Source of the DNA: Trueperaceae bacterium
GTDB lineage: Bacteria; Deinococcota; Deinococci; Deinococcales; Trueperaceae
Assembly: GCA_034520945.1 (NCBI GenBank)
Contig: JAXHNB010000006.1
Coordinates: 288,001-352,000, forward strand
Direction of reading: 5' to 3'
DNA: 64,000 bases
Shown here one piece after another: positions 10,623 to 20,483 of this stretch. The first letter of the stretch is position 1; each line of letters starts with the position of its first letter. The notes under the pieces are model-generated. The model had not been told where the DNA came from. It searched no databases and was given only the letters and a program-made list of their open reading frames with translations. A program made the translations under genes and the position numbers.

Positions 10623-11845
10623 ATGAAGCGCCGCGCCTTCCTGCGCTGGGGGCCACAATGGCCGCCGGGGCGGCCCTGGCCGGCCGCGCCCGCGCGTGGG
10701 CGACGGTCCCCGACCCAGATGCCGAGCCGAGCGCATCGGACGGGTCGATGACCCTGTTCCTCTGCGGCGACGTGATGACCGGCCGCGGCGTGGACCAGGC
10801 CCTACCGCACGCCGTCGACCCCACCCTGCACGAGCCCGCCGTGCGCGACGCCCGCCGCTACCTCGAGCTGGCGGAACGGGCCAGCGGCCATGGTCGATAC
10901 GCCGCTGTCGTACCAACAGGTGTGGGGTGACGTGCTGCACGAGCTGCAGCGGGTCCGGCCGGACGCCCGCATCGTCAACCTCGAGACCGCCGTCACCACC
11001 TCGGACGACTGGGACCGCCAGAAGGGCATCCACTACCGCATGCACCCCGGCAACGTCGCGCTGCTCCGGGCGGCCGGGATCGATGTCGCCGTGCTCGGCA
11101 ACAACCACGTGCTGGACTGGGGCGCAGGTGGCCTGCGCGAGACGCTCACGGTCCTGCGTGACGCCGGGGTGCGGCACGGCCGGAGCCGGGACGCGACCGG
11201 GACCAGGCGGCGGCGCCGGCGGTGCTACACACGCCTGCGGGGCGACTGCTGGTGTTCTCGTACGGCACGGCCAGCGCCGGCGTCCCCGAGCGTTGGCGGG
11301 CGACCCCCGAGCGTCCCGGCGTGAACCTGTTGCCCGAGCCGACCGACGCGGAGGCCGACCGCGTGATCGCCCAGGTGGACGCGCACCGCGCCGAGGGCGA
11401 CCGGGTCGTCGTGTCGGTTCACTGGGGCGCCAACTGGGGGTACGACGTCCCCGAGGCGCAGCGACGCTTCGCGCACCGCCTGATCATTGCCGGCGCGGCC
11501 GACGTCGTGCACGGGCACTCGTCGCACCACCCGAAGGGGATCGAGGTGCATCGGGGTCGACTCGTCTTGTACGGCGCGGGCGACTTCCTGAACGACTACG
11601 AAGGGATCGGCGGGCACGAGGCGTACCGCCCCCACCTGACGGCGGCGTACCTGCCGGTGCTCGGCGCCGATGGCGCATTGGCGTCGATGGAGCTGGCGCC
11701 GATGCGGATCCGACGCCTGCGCTTGGCACGCGCCTCGCCCGAGGATGCCGGCTGGCTGGCCGACCGCTTGACGCGGGAGGGACGGCCGTTCGGTACGCGC
11801 GTGCTGCAGGTGGATGAGGGACGCCTTCGGCTGGACTGCGACTGA
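10623..11845 (+). CDS. CapA (PGA_cap) family metallophosphatase with Tat signal, broken by four single-base indels (probably sequence errors)
   Basis: MKRRAFL Tat motif; LCGDVMTGRGVDQ, VNLETAVT, YRMHP, LGNNHVLDWG, SVHWG.NWG, HGHSSHHPK, LYGAGDFLNDYEG spread across five ORF segments. Confidence 0.85.
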
Positions 11846-11976
11846 GCCCCCCGTGCGTCCCGCGGGCCACGCCCGCCGACGTGCCGCCAGCGTCGGCCGT
11901 GAGATCATGAGGTTCGGCCCGCGGGAGGCGTCCATGACGCCCCGCGAACGCCCGAGTGAAAGGACGCGCCCACCGC

Positions 11977-13539
11977 ATGCCCGAAGTTCGCGACAGCTTC
12001 GATGTCGTCGTTCGGCCCGCTTCCGAAATGACCCTCAAGCGCCGGCGGACGCGTCAGGTGTTGCGGCGGCGCTTGCGCGCCAACATCCGGGACGGACTGA
12101 GCCGCGAAGGGATGACAGGACGGGTCGCGTCTCGGTTGAGCCGGCTGATCATCAGCGTAGACGTGGCCGACGACGGTCCCGAGGTGACGCGCGAACGGGT
12201 GCGCGACGTGCTGTCGCGCATGTTCGGGGTGGGGTCGTTCTCGTTCACGCTGGGTACGTGCGCGCCGGAGCTGGACGAGATCGTGGAGGTCGGGCGCGCA
12301 CTGTTCGCGTCGCGCGTGCAGGGGCGGCGCTACGCCGTGCGCTGCAAGCGCATGGGACGTCACGCCTTCCGCTCGGTCGACGTGGAGCGGGCGTTGGGCG
12401 CCGCCTTGAATCCTGGCGCGCGCGTCGACCTGGACGATCCCGAGGTGACCGTCGCCCTCGAGGTCGACGAGGAGCGCGCCACCTTTTTCAGCGAGCGGAT
12501 GCCGGGCCCTGGCGGGCTTCCCCTCGGCGTCGGTGGGCGTGCCCTGGCGCTCATGTCGGGCGGGTACGACTCGGCCGTGGCCGCCTGGATGCTGATGAAG
12601 CGTGGCATCGAGGTGGACTTCGTGTTCTTCCGCATCGGGGGCGAGGCCACCGAGCGCCTGGCGCTGCAGGTCGCGAAGGTCCTCAGCGACCGGTGGGCGG
12701 CCGGCACGCGTCCCGAACTCTACAGCGTCGATTTCGGAGCTGTGGTCGACGATCTTCGGGCGTCGGCCGGCCCCAGTCACTGGCAGGTGGTGCTCAAGCG
12801 TCAGATGCTGCGCGCGGCGGATGCGTTGGCGGACGAAGCGGAAGCCGCCTCCGAGCAGGCGGCCGCGGCCGGCCGGCCGGCCCGCCGTTGGCGCCAGGTG
12901 GACGCCCTGATCACCGGCGAGTCGGTCGGCCAGGTCTCCTCGCAGACGCTGGGCAACCTGCGCGTGATTCATGACGCGGCGCGACGGCCGGTCCTCCGCC
13001 CGCTGGTCGGCATGGACAAGACCGACATCATCGCCTACGCCGATCGCGTGGGTACGGGGCCCCTGTCGGCTCGCGTGCGCGAGTCGTGCGCCATCGCGGT
13101 GGGACGCACCGAGACCCGCGCGCATCCGGACCGCGTCGCTGCGAACGAACGCGGCCTCCACCAAGAAGTGCTCCGCGACGCCGTCGCCCAGCGACGCGCG
13201 TACGCCCTACGGGCCCTCACGTCGGCCGACTTGGTGTTGCCGTTCCTGTTCACGGACGATGTGCCCGACGGGGCCGAGCTGGTCGATTGCAGCGTGGATG
13301 GCGCCGGCGGGTGGCGGCCTGCTGGGACGCGCGTGGTGCCTGCCCCGACCCTTCTGGCCGGGCGGGCCGACCTGGACAAGGACGCCACCTACGTGCTGTT
13401 CTGCCGGTTCGGGACGCAGAGCGCGCACGCCGCCGAGGTGCTGCAACAACTCGGGTACGAGGCGTACGCCTTTCGTGGCGGCATGCCCGCCCTGCGGCGC
13501 GCGCTGGAGGGGGGATCTCCGGGCCGCGTCGCCTCGTGA
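11977..13539 (+). CDS. thiI: tRNA 4-thiouridine synthase ThiI (THUMP + PP-loop + rhodanese)
   Basis: GPGGLPLG, SGGYDS PP-loop, TGESVGQVSSQTLGNL, RPLVGMDK; C-terminal rhodanese VLFCRFGTQS. Confidence 0.92.
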   Translation: MPEVRDSFDVVVRPASEMTLKRRRTRQVLRRRLRANIRDGLSREGMTGRVASRLSRLIISVDVADDGPEVTRERVRDVLSRMFGVGSFSFTLGTCAPELDEIVEVGRALFASRVQGRRYAVRCKRMGRHAFRSVDVERALGAALNPGARVDLDDPEVTVALEVDEERATFFSERMPGPGGLPLGVGGRALALMSGGYDSAVAAWMLMKRGIEVDFVFFRIGGEATERLALQVAKVLSDRWAAGTRPELYSVDFGAVVDDLRASAGPSHWQVVLKRQMLRAADALADEAEAASEQAAAAGRPARRWRQVDALITGESVGQVSSQTLGNLRVIHDAARRPVLRPLVGMDKTDIIAYADRVGTGPLSARVRESCAIAVGRTETRAHPDRVAANERGLHQEVLRDAVAQRRAYALRALTSADLVLPFLFTDDVPDGAELVDCSVDGAGGWRPAGTRVVPAPTLLAGRADLDKDATYVLFCRFGTQSAHAAEVLQQLGYEAYAFRGGMPALRRALEGGSPGRVAS

Positions 13540-13630
13540 GGGGGCCGGGACGCAGGGTTGCCATCCGTCGAGGCGTGTGCCCCTCGCTCGAGGTGCGTGC
13601 GGACGGCACCGGAAGGGATCGTGAGGTGCC

Positions 13631-14086
13631 ATGCGAGAGACGCCCAAGGGCACCAGCCGGCCGCTGGACCATACCGGCGACGTCGCGTTGGAGGTGCGGG
13701 CCGAGCACCTGAACGGCCTGTTCGCCGCGGCCGCGCGCGGCCTGCTGGGCATCCTCTTCGCGCGTCCCCCCAGCGCGGCCACGGATGGCACGGTCCAGGA
13801 GGACACGACCCTGACGCTGACGGCCAGCAGCCTCGAGGAACTGCTGGTGGCGTGGCTGGACGAGGTCCTGTTCCTGGTGCAGACGCGTGCGAGAGTCCCC
13901 GCCGACCTGGACGTCGTCGTGCGTGAGGAGGGCGGCGCGTGGCGGCTCGAGGCACGCCTGGGGGTCGCGCCGCTCGACGCGCAGGCACAGGAGTGGCAGG
14001 GCGAGGTGAAGGCCACCACCCATCATGGGTTGCACGTCGAGCACCGGCAGGGCGGCTGGCGTGCCGAGGTGGTGTTCGACGTATGA
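13631..14086 (+). CDS. Archease
   Basis: LDHTGD, LEELLVAWLDEVLF, EVKATTHH, C-terminal VVFDV. Confidence 0.92.
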   Translation: MRETPKGTSRPLDHTGDVALEVRAEHLNGLFAAAARGLLGILFARPPSAATDGTVQEDTTLTLTASSLEELLVAWLDEVLFLVQTRARVPADLDVVVREEGGAWRLEARLGVAPLDAQAQEWQGEVKATTHHGLHVEHRQGGWRAEVVFDV

Positions 14087-14117
14087 CCCGCCCAGCCCGT
14101 GACCCTGAACCGGAGGC

Positions 14118-15566
14118 ATGACCATGGCATCATCCCTGCCCATCGAGCACGTCGGCGGCGTCACCTACCGCGTGCCCCGCTTCGGCGCCATGCGGGTCGA
14201 CGCGGTGTTCTACGCCTCACCCGAGATCATGGACGACCTGGCGCGCGAAGAGTACGCGTCGCTGTGGCAGTTGGTCAACGTCGCGGCGCTGCCGGGGATC
14301 GTGGCGCCCGCCCTGGCGATGCCCGACATTCACATGGGGTACGGCTTTCCCATCGGCGGCGTCGCGGCCTTCGACCCGGACGCGGGCGGCGTGGTCAGTC
14401 CGGGCGGCGTCGGGTACGACATCAACTGCGGCGTGCGGCTGTTGCGCTCCGAGTTGAGCATCGAAGACGTCCAGCAACGCCAGGAGGCACTGGCCGACGC
14501 GCTGTGGGCGGCCGTGCCGGCAGGCGTCGGGTCGGGGGTGGCGTCGCAACGCTTGCAGCGCCGCGACCTTCGGCGCGTCCTGGAACAGGGTGCCGCTTGG
14601 ATGGTCGAGCACGGCTTCGGCGAGGGCGAGGACCTGGACGACCTCGAGTCGGGCGGGCGTCTGGACGGCGCGGACCCGGACGCGGTGTCGGAGCGCGCGA
14701 TGGAGCGCGGCGCGCCCCAGTTGGGCAGCCTGGGAAGCGGCAACCACTTCCTGGAGGTGCAAGCGGTGGACGCGGTGTACGACCAGGAGGCGGCGGCCGC
14801 GCTGGGCTTGCGGGAAGGGGAGGTGACGGTGCTGATCCACACCGGGTCGCGCGGGTTGGGGCACCAGGTGTGCAGCGACCACGTCGGGACCTTCCTGAAG
14901 GCCGCCAGCAGGCACGGCATCGACCTGCCCGACAAGCAGCTGGCCGCCGCCCCCATCGACAGCGACGAGGGACGGGGCTACCTGGGCGCGATGGCGGCCG
15001 CCGCCAACTACGCCTTCGCCAACCGCCAGCACGTCACCGACAGCGTGCGCCGCACCTTCGAGCGCGTGGGGTTCCTCCCCCGCGACCACGGTCTGCGCGT
15101 GGTGTACGACCTGGGGCACAACAACGCCAAGTTCGAGACGCACGACGGCCGCCGCGTGCTGGTGCACCGCAAGGGCGCGACCCGGGCGTTCGGCCCCGGC
15201 CACCCGTCGTTGTCGGAGCGCCACCGCGCCACGGGGCAGCCGGTGTTCGTGCCGGGCGACATGGGGCGGTACTCGTTCGTGCTGGCCGGCACGGAGGAGG
15301 CCATGCAAGCCTCGTTCGGGTCCAGCTGTCACGGGGCGGGACGGCTGATGAGTCGCCGCCGTGCCAAGAAGGAGGCCAAGACGCGCCGCATCGACGACGA
15401 GCTGGCCGCGCGGGGGATCCTGGTCCGCGCCGCCAACCGTGCGACCCTCGCCGAAGAGATGTCGGACGCCTACAAGGACGTCGCCGACGTCGTGGACGTG
15501 GTCGAGCGTGCCGGGCTGGGCCGCAAGGTGGCGCGGTTGCGGCCGATGATCGTGGTGAAGGGGTGA
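14118..15566 (+). CDS. rtcB: RNA 2',3'-cyclic phosphate/5'-OH ligase RtcB
   Basis: MPDIHMGYGFPIGG, GYDINCG, GSLGSGNHF, HTGSRG, HN.AK, HRKGAT, PGDMG, SCHGAGR, AYKD all intact. Confidence 0.96.
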   Translation: MTMASSLPIEHVGGVTYRVPRFGAMRVDAVFYASPEIMDDLAREEYASLWQLVNVAALPGIVAPALAMPDIHMGYGFPIGGVAAFDPDAGGVVSPGGVGYDINCGVRLLRSELSIEDVQQRQEALADALWAAVPAGVGSGVASQRLQRRDLRRVLEQGAAWMVEHGFGEGEDLDDLESGGRLDGADPDAVSERAMERGAPQLGSLGSGNHFLEVQAVDAVYDQEAAAALGLREGEVTVLIHTGSRGLGHQVCSDHVGTFLKAASRHGIDLPDKQLAAAPIDSDEGRGYLGAMAAAANYAFANRQHVTDSVRRTFERVGFLPRDHGLRVVYDLGHNNAKFETHDGRRVLVHRKGATRAFGPGHPSLSERHRATGQPVFVPGDMGRYSFVLAGTEEAMQASFGSSCHGAGRLMSRRRAKKEAKTRRIDDELAARGILVRAANRATLAEEMSDAYKDVADVVDVVERAGLGRKVARLRPMIVVKG

Positions 15567-15719
15567 GGACCCCTGCGCCCTTGCCAGCGGGCGTACAGGG
15601 AAGGGCAGGTCACGAGCCAGGAGGTGATTCGCGGCTAGACTCGGAGATTGCCGCGACCGGGTCCGGACGCGGCGGCGGGGTCTAGGAGGCTTCGCTTCGA
15701 CGCCGAAGGAGGAGCGCGG

Positions 15720-16223
15720 TTGAGCGACCAGGAACGGAACGTCCAGCAACGCAGCCACGAGGAGCGGAACGACGCGGGCGGGTCGACATCGGACGCTGGC
15801 ACCGCCCACGAGGCGAGCGCTGGCGAGTCCGTCGACCGCAGCGCAGGTGCGCAGCAACGCCCACCCCTGAGCGACGAAGAAGCCCGCACCTGGGCCGCCA
15901 TCGCACACATCTCGGCGCTGGTGGGGCTGCTGGGGAACGGCATCGGATTCCTGTTGGGGCCGCTGATCGTCTGGGCGGCCAAGCGGGACGATCATCCCTT
16001 CGTCGACGAGCAGGGCAAGGAGGCCGTCAACTTCCAGTTGACGATCATGCTGGCGGGCGCCGTCGGGATCGCGCTGGTGTTCACGGTCGTGGGGATCCTG
16101 ATCGCGATTCCGTTGTTCCTGGCGTTGGCGGTGGTGGCGATCGTGTTTCCGATCGTGGCTGCGGTCCAGGCGCACGAGGGCACGTCGTTCCGCTACCCCT
16201 TCGCCTGGCGAATCCTGAAGTAG
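15720..16223 (+). CDS. DUF4870 family membrane protein
   Basis: WAAIAHIS, GPLIVW, FVDEQGKEAVNFQ, FRYPF; SD GAAGGAGGAG before TTG 15720. Confidence 0.85.
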   Translation: MSDQERNVQQRSHEERNDAGGSTSDAGTAHEASAGESVDRSAGAQQRPPLSDEEARTWAAIAHISALVGLLGNGIGFLLGPLIVWAAKRDDHPFVDEQGKEAVNFQLTIMLAGAVGIALVFTVVGILIAIPLFLALAVVAIVFPIVAAVQAHEGTSFRYPFAWRILK

Positions 16224-16298
16224 CGTCGCGCGGCACGCCTAGGCGATGGCGTAGCGCTGGATCGCAACGCCAAATCGCGTCAGGTGTTCATCTCCTGG

Positions 16299-16327
16299 TT
16301 GACACTTAGCAGGTTCATGTCTATGGT
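16299..16327 (+). promoter_or_regulatory. Sigma70-type promoter upstream of mgsA
   Basis: TTGACA (16299) - 17 bp - TATGGT (16322). Confidence 0.6.
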
Positions 16328-16574
16328 ACCGGGTCGCGTCGCCGTGCGTCATGCGCATCGTCGTGCATGAGCGTACCGCGCGAGCCAATTCGCGACGTCT
16401 CGAATCGGGGCTGGACGCTCGGCCCCGTTTTGCCTCGATCCACCATGCGACGCCCGGACGATCATCGCGGACGGGCGTCTTGCACGTCGTCCGCCGGCTA
16501 TGCCGGAGCACGCTCGCCGCGTGACGGCGCCGCGTACGGCCCTGTCCCCTCGAAGGGGGAATCGGAGGGATTCC

Positions 16575-17078
16575 ATGAACGAACGAAAACACGTCGCCCT
16601 GGTGGCGCACGACAACCGAAAGACCGACTTGATCGAGTGGGCCACGTGGAACCACCGAACGCTCCTCGACCACGATCTCATCTGCACCGGTACCACGGGC
16701 GACCGGATCGAGCGGGCGCTGGCCGACGTGGTACGCGACGAAGGCCTGACCGCCCAGCCGGTCAACATGCGCAAGCTCAAGTCCGGCCCGCTGGGCGGCG
16801 ACCAACAGCTGGGCGCCCGCATCTCCGAGGGCGGCGTGGACGCGCTGGTGTTCTTCTGGGACCCCATGCAGCCGCACCCGCACGACGTCGACGTCAAAGC
16901 GCTGTTGCGGATCGCCGTGCTTTACAACGTACCCACCGCCTGCAACCGGTCCAGCGCGGATTTCCTGATCTCGTCGCCGCTGATGAACCAGCACTACCAA
17001 CCGATGTTCGAGAGCGACGGGGAGCGATCCGATCAAAACGGGGGAGGCGAGCTGGTCGGCGAAACCTCCGAGCCGTAA
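16575..17078 (+). CDS. mgsA: Methylglyoxal synthase
   Basis: ALVAHDNRK, TGTTG, SGPLGGDQQLG, FFWDP..PHPHDVDVKALLR, ACNRSSADF. Confidence 0.96.
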   Translation: MNERKHVALVAHDNRKTDLIEWATWNHRTLLDHDLICTGTTGDRIERALADVVRDEGLTAQPVNMRKLKSGPLGGDQQLGARISEGGVDALVFFWDPMQPHPHDVDVKALLRIAVLYNVPTACNRSSADFLISSPLMNQHYQPMFESDGERSDQNGGGELVGETSEP

Positions 17079-17113
17079 CGACGCAGACCGCGACCTTCGG
17101 GCGCGGACGGCCC

Positions 17114-18151
17114 CTACAGGGCATGGGGTTCGCCCCGGAGGCCCTCCCGCCAGAGCCGTGTCTCCTGGTCGTTCGGTTCCCACACCAACAGCGTCGCCAT
17201 CGCGCCGTAGGTGGGCAGGTGGCCGACCAACTCCACCCAATCGAACACCGAGAGGGTGAGGTTGAACGGCAGCCAGGCGATCAGGATCACCTCGCGCGGA
17301 AACACGCCGAGCACCAGGCATAGGCCGACCGTCAGCTCGATCGCGCCGGCCGTCAGCATGAAGGTCGCGTCGGGGACGCCCAAGCCCAGCGCCGCAGGCA
17401 CGTTGATGGGGTGCGTCTCCAAGAAGCCCGTGGCCAGGGGAAGGTTGGCGAGCTTCTCGGTGAACGCCAGCACGACCAGCCCAGCGCCGACCCCGATCCG
17501 GAGCGCCGGAAGGGCCCACCGGACCGCGTGCGCCGGCGGCTCCAAGCGGGGGAAGGCGACACGGTCGATCGCGAACGGCCCCCGGCCCGCGAACCAGAAG
17601 AACGCCGCGAACCCCAGGATGTGCACGGCCTCCAGCATGGGCTCCACGCCCACGGCGATCCAGCCGACCCACCAGGTGACGGCCAGGCCGAGGGCCGCCA
17701 AGCGCACCAGCCCCCCGTAGAACAGCGACAGCGCGATCCCCACCTGCGCCACGCCCAGCACGTACGGCCACGCCCCGGACAGCTCGGCGTTGGGCACGAA
17801 CAAGGTGCCTTGCATGCCGCTCACCAGCAACGGGACGGCCAGGTGCGCCCCCACCACGGCCGGCAGGAGCGCGTACAGGGCACGACGGCGCGCCACGTCG
17901 GCCCCGAACGAAGCGGGGCCGGGCAGCACGCTGCGGTTGCCGCGACGGTGCCACGCCCACGTCGCCGCGGCGGTCACGACGAGCGCGGCGAGGACGTAGT
18001 ACAGATTCGGGGGTGTCAAGGCCGAGGCGAGCGACGTGGCGTACGGCTCGCCATCGAAGAACCACTTTTCGTGCGCCAGGGCGGTGCCGGTCCCCGTGGC
18101 AACGGCGGTCGCCTTCAGCAGCAGCGCCCCGGGCTTCGCGGACCTTTCCAT
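17114..18151 (-). CDS. DoxX-like polytopic membrane protein
   Basis: AHEKWF, many TM helices, LRIGVG...AFTEKL.N, ELVGHLP. Confidence 0.75.
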   Translation of the reverse strand: MERSAKPGALLLKATAVATGTGTALAHEKWFFDGEPYATSLASALTPPNLYYVLAALVVTAAATWAWHRRGNRSVLPGPASFGADVARRRALYALLPAVVGAHLAVPLLVSGMQGTLFVPNAELSGAWPYVLGVAQVGIALSLFYGGLVRLAALGLAVTWWVGWIAVGVEPMLEAVHILGFAAFFWFAGRGPFAIDRVAFPRLEPPAHAVRWALPALRIGVGAGLVVLAFTEKLANLPLATGFLETHPINVPAALGLGVPDATFMLTAGAIELTVGLCLVLGVFPREVILIAWLPFNLTLSVFDWVELVGHLPTYGAMATLLVWEPNDQETRLWREGLRGEPHAL

Positions 18152-18567
18152 GCTACGGGCGTTGGCCCTCGAGCAGCGACGTGTAGCGCTCCGTTCCTCG
18201 GGCGTGGCGTCCACCGGAGCTACGGAAAGAGATGCTCGTCCTGATGAGGCTCGCGCTCCGGGCCAATGGCATGGCGTTTCATCCTTTCGTTGAAGCCTCA
18301 ATGCGGCTTCGCTCGGCATCCACGTTAGCAAGCGCTTGGTTTTCGGAGCGAGGTGACGTACAACCAGCACCTGCGCTCCTCCGCCCTGGGCCTGCTGACG
18401 CCAGTGGCGTGGGAAACCCAGTACGCTGGCGGGAGGGTGCCATGGCCGTCGACAATGCGCGCTCGAATCACTGACGCCACCATTTTCTGATTCAGCGGCG
18501 AGGGTTCCGTGACGCTTCCATGACCTAGCGATGGCGTTGCCCTGACACGCCCTTCGTACCATTTTTT

Positions 18568-18581
18568 TGGAACCGGGTCCA
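18568..18581. promoter_or_regulatory. Possible LacI-family operator
   Basis: TGGAACCGGGTCCA, one mismatch from the palindrome TGGAACCGGTTCCA; CAAGCGCTTG palindrome also at 18329-18338. Confidence 0.4.
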
Positions 18582-18646
18582 CCACACTCCGATTCCCCGG
18601 TTCAAGGTCCGGGTGCGTACGCGCCTCGGTTCCGGGAGGGAAGCAT

Positions 18647-19723
18647 ATGATGAAGAAACCCCTTTGGGTCGCCGTTTCGTTCTTGCTCTTCGCGGGCGTG
18701 GTGTGGGCGCAAACCAGCGACGTCCTCGGCGAGGACCCCACACTGTCGCTCACGCCGGCCACGCACTCCCACAACGACTACTACCAGCCGCGGCCCTTGC
18801 TCGATGCGCTCGACGCCGGGATGGCCAGCATCGAGGCCGACATCTTCTACGTCGAGATTCCCTTCGTCGATGCGGAGGAAGAGTCTCGGGCGATGCGCCA
18901 GCTGTGGATCGCGCACGACTGGGAGGAAATCGAAGGCAACGTGCTCGAGTTTCAGCGCACCAAGGGCACGCTTCGGGAGTTGTACCTGGAGCCGCTGTGG
19001 GAGATCTACCAGCGCACGGGCACCATCTACCCGGACGGGACGCTGCTGCTACACGCCGACATGAAGACCGCGACCGAGCGGACGTGGCGGGTGCTGGAGA
19101 ACACGCTCCGAAACTACCCAGGTCTGTTCACACGCTACGAGCTCGAGACGCAGACGGTGATTCCGGGGCCCGTCACCGTGTACACCAACGACGAGCCGGA
19201 CGCGTCGTTCCTGTCCGACTACGACGTGATCCACTCCACCGCGGACGGGCGCTTCGGCGACATCTACGACCCCAGCGCGTGGGCGTCCGACGCCTACCAG
19301 GACCGCGCCTGGCGCATGCCGATCATCAGCAGCAACCTCCAGTCGTACAACGACATCACGCAGATGTTCGAGTTCCTCGTCCCGGAGGAGGACATCGTCG
19401 AGGCGTACGCCGACGCATACCCCGACCTCACCGCCGAGAACCTCGCCGAAGAGCTGAACCGGGACAACTGGGCGTTGGCGACCGACCTCCTGCACGACGG
19501 CAGCATCCGCGTCACCGACTACCTGCGCGAGCGGATGGTGGAGGCGAACCGCTTGGGGCAGACGTACGGCCATCTCATGCGCTTCTGGGCGCCGCCGGAC
19601 GCGAAGTGGTTCTGGGACATCGTCGCGCCGCTGCCCCACGTGGTGCTGCTGACCGACCATCCCGGCGAGGTGAAGATCTACCTGGAGAATCAAGCGCTGC
19701 TGGATGAGATCTCGGCGCGCTGA
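18647..19723 (+). CDS. Secreted PLC-like / GDPD-superfamily phosphodiesterase (Aim6-like)
   Basis: Signal peptide; HSHNDY..PRPLLDALDAG..SIEADI, TLRELYLEPL, D.K, RFW.PPD, LTDHP. Confidence 0.8.
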   Translation: MMKKPLWVAVSFLLFAGVVWAQTSDVLGEDPTLSLTPATHSHNDYYQPRPLLDALDAGMASIEADIFYVEIPFVDAEEESRAMRQLWIAHDWEEIEGNVLEFQRTKGTLRELYLEPLWEIYQRTGTIYPDGTLLLHADMKTATERTWRVLENTLRNYPGLFTRYELETQTVIPGPVTVYTNDEPDASFLSDYDVIHSTADGRFGDIYDPSAWASDAYQDRAWRMPIISSNLQSYNDITQMFEFLVPEEDIVEAYADAYPDLTAENLAEELNRDNWALATDLLHDGSIRVTDYLRERMVEANRLGQTYGHLMRFWAPPDAKWFWDIVAPLPHVVLLTDHPGEVKIYLENQALLDEISAR

Positions 19724-19768
19724 GATCCCCGAGCTTCTTCTGCGGGTGGCGTAGCCACAAGCAAACGA

Positions 19769-19797
19769 CGACCGCGGTCCGACATGGACCGCGGTCG
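19769..19797. terminator. Inverted repeat between convergent genes; each arm is itself the palindrome GACCGCGGTC
   Basis: cgaccgcggtcc-gacat-ggaccgcggtcg. Confidence 0.6.
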
Positions 19798-19875
19798 ATC
19801 GTGTCTGCAGGGCGAGGCAGACACCTCGTCCCTTCGCGCGACGGTCGTGCAGCGCCGCTCAGCGCTGGATGACCG

Positions 19876-20316
19876 TTACTTCAATTGCCCGCGGATCTCG
19901 CCGGCCGCGTTCAGGTCGGTATGCACGTTGACGTAGAACAACCCGTCACGAAGCTGTTGCACTTCGTCTTCGGTGATGTCGTCCCAGGTGCCGGACAGTT
20001 CGCCGCTGGCCGCCGCATCCACGTTCAGCGGGAAGACCACGCCTTCGGTTTCGCCCTCCTCGGCGGGTCCGTGGATGTGCGCGCCGGTGGCGGGGCCGGT
20101 CAGGCCGGAAAAGTCGCCGCTGATGGTGAGGGTGTCCTCCGCTTCGTTCAACGTGGCCGTCGCGCTGCCCGAAGGGGTGGCGCCGTCCAGGTCGGGCGCA
20201 GGCACCTCCGCGTCCGTCGTCAGATCGGCCGAGAAGTCCAGCTGCACCGCCGCGGAGCATGCCGCGAGGCCCAGCACCAGTCCGATGGAGGCGAGGAGTA
20301 CCTTGAATCTGCTCAT
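19876..20316 (-). CDS. CHRD domain lipoprotein
   Basis: Lipobox LAAC; EVP, GAHIHGPA, GLFYVNVHT...GEIRGQL; SD GGAAGGGAG. Confidence 0.92.
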   Translation of the reverse strand: MSRFKVLLASIGLVLGLAACSAAVQLDFSADLTTDAEVPAPDLDGATPSGSATATLNEAEDTLTISGDFSGLTGPATGAHIHGPAEEGETEGVVFPLNVDAAASGELSGTWDDITEDEVQQLRDGLFYVNVHTDLNAAGEIRGQLK

Positions 20317-20483
20317 GTGAATCACTCCCTTCCGAGGGGCGAGAGTGAGAATCCGAGCGACGCGACCGAGCACGTCCCGTAGCGTCACCGACTCACCCGA
20401 GCGCCAGTGTAGGGCCCACGAAGATGAGGATTCGTAAGGCCGAGGGTGGACGGGCTTGCACCTCCCGTGATAACGCCCGCGCG

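Noticed and set aside
18220..18275. Hammerhead ribozyme (CTGATGAG core with a stem II-like hairpin)
   Set aside because: No GAAA after stem II and no stem I/III arrangement.
18550..18625. tRNA-like element (cccgg-ttcaaggt-ccggg T-arm mimic)
   Set aside because: 8-nt loop, no D arm or anticodon arm, and a poor acceptor stem.
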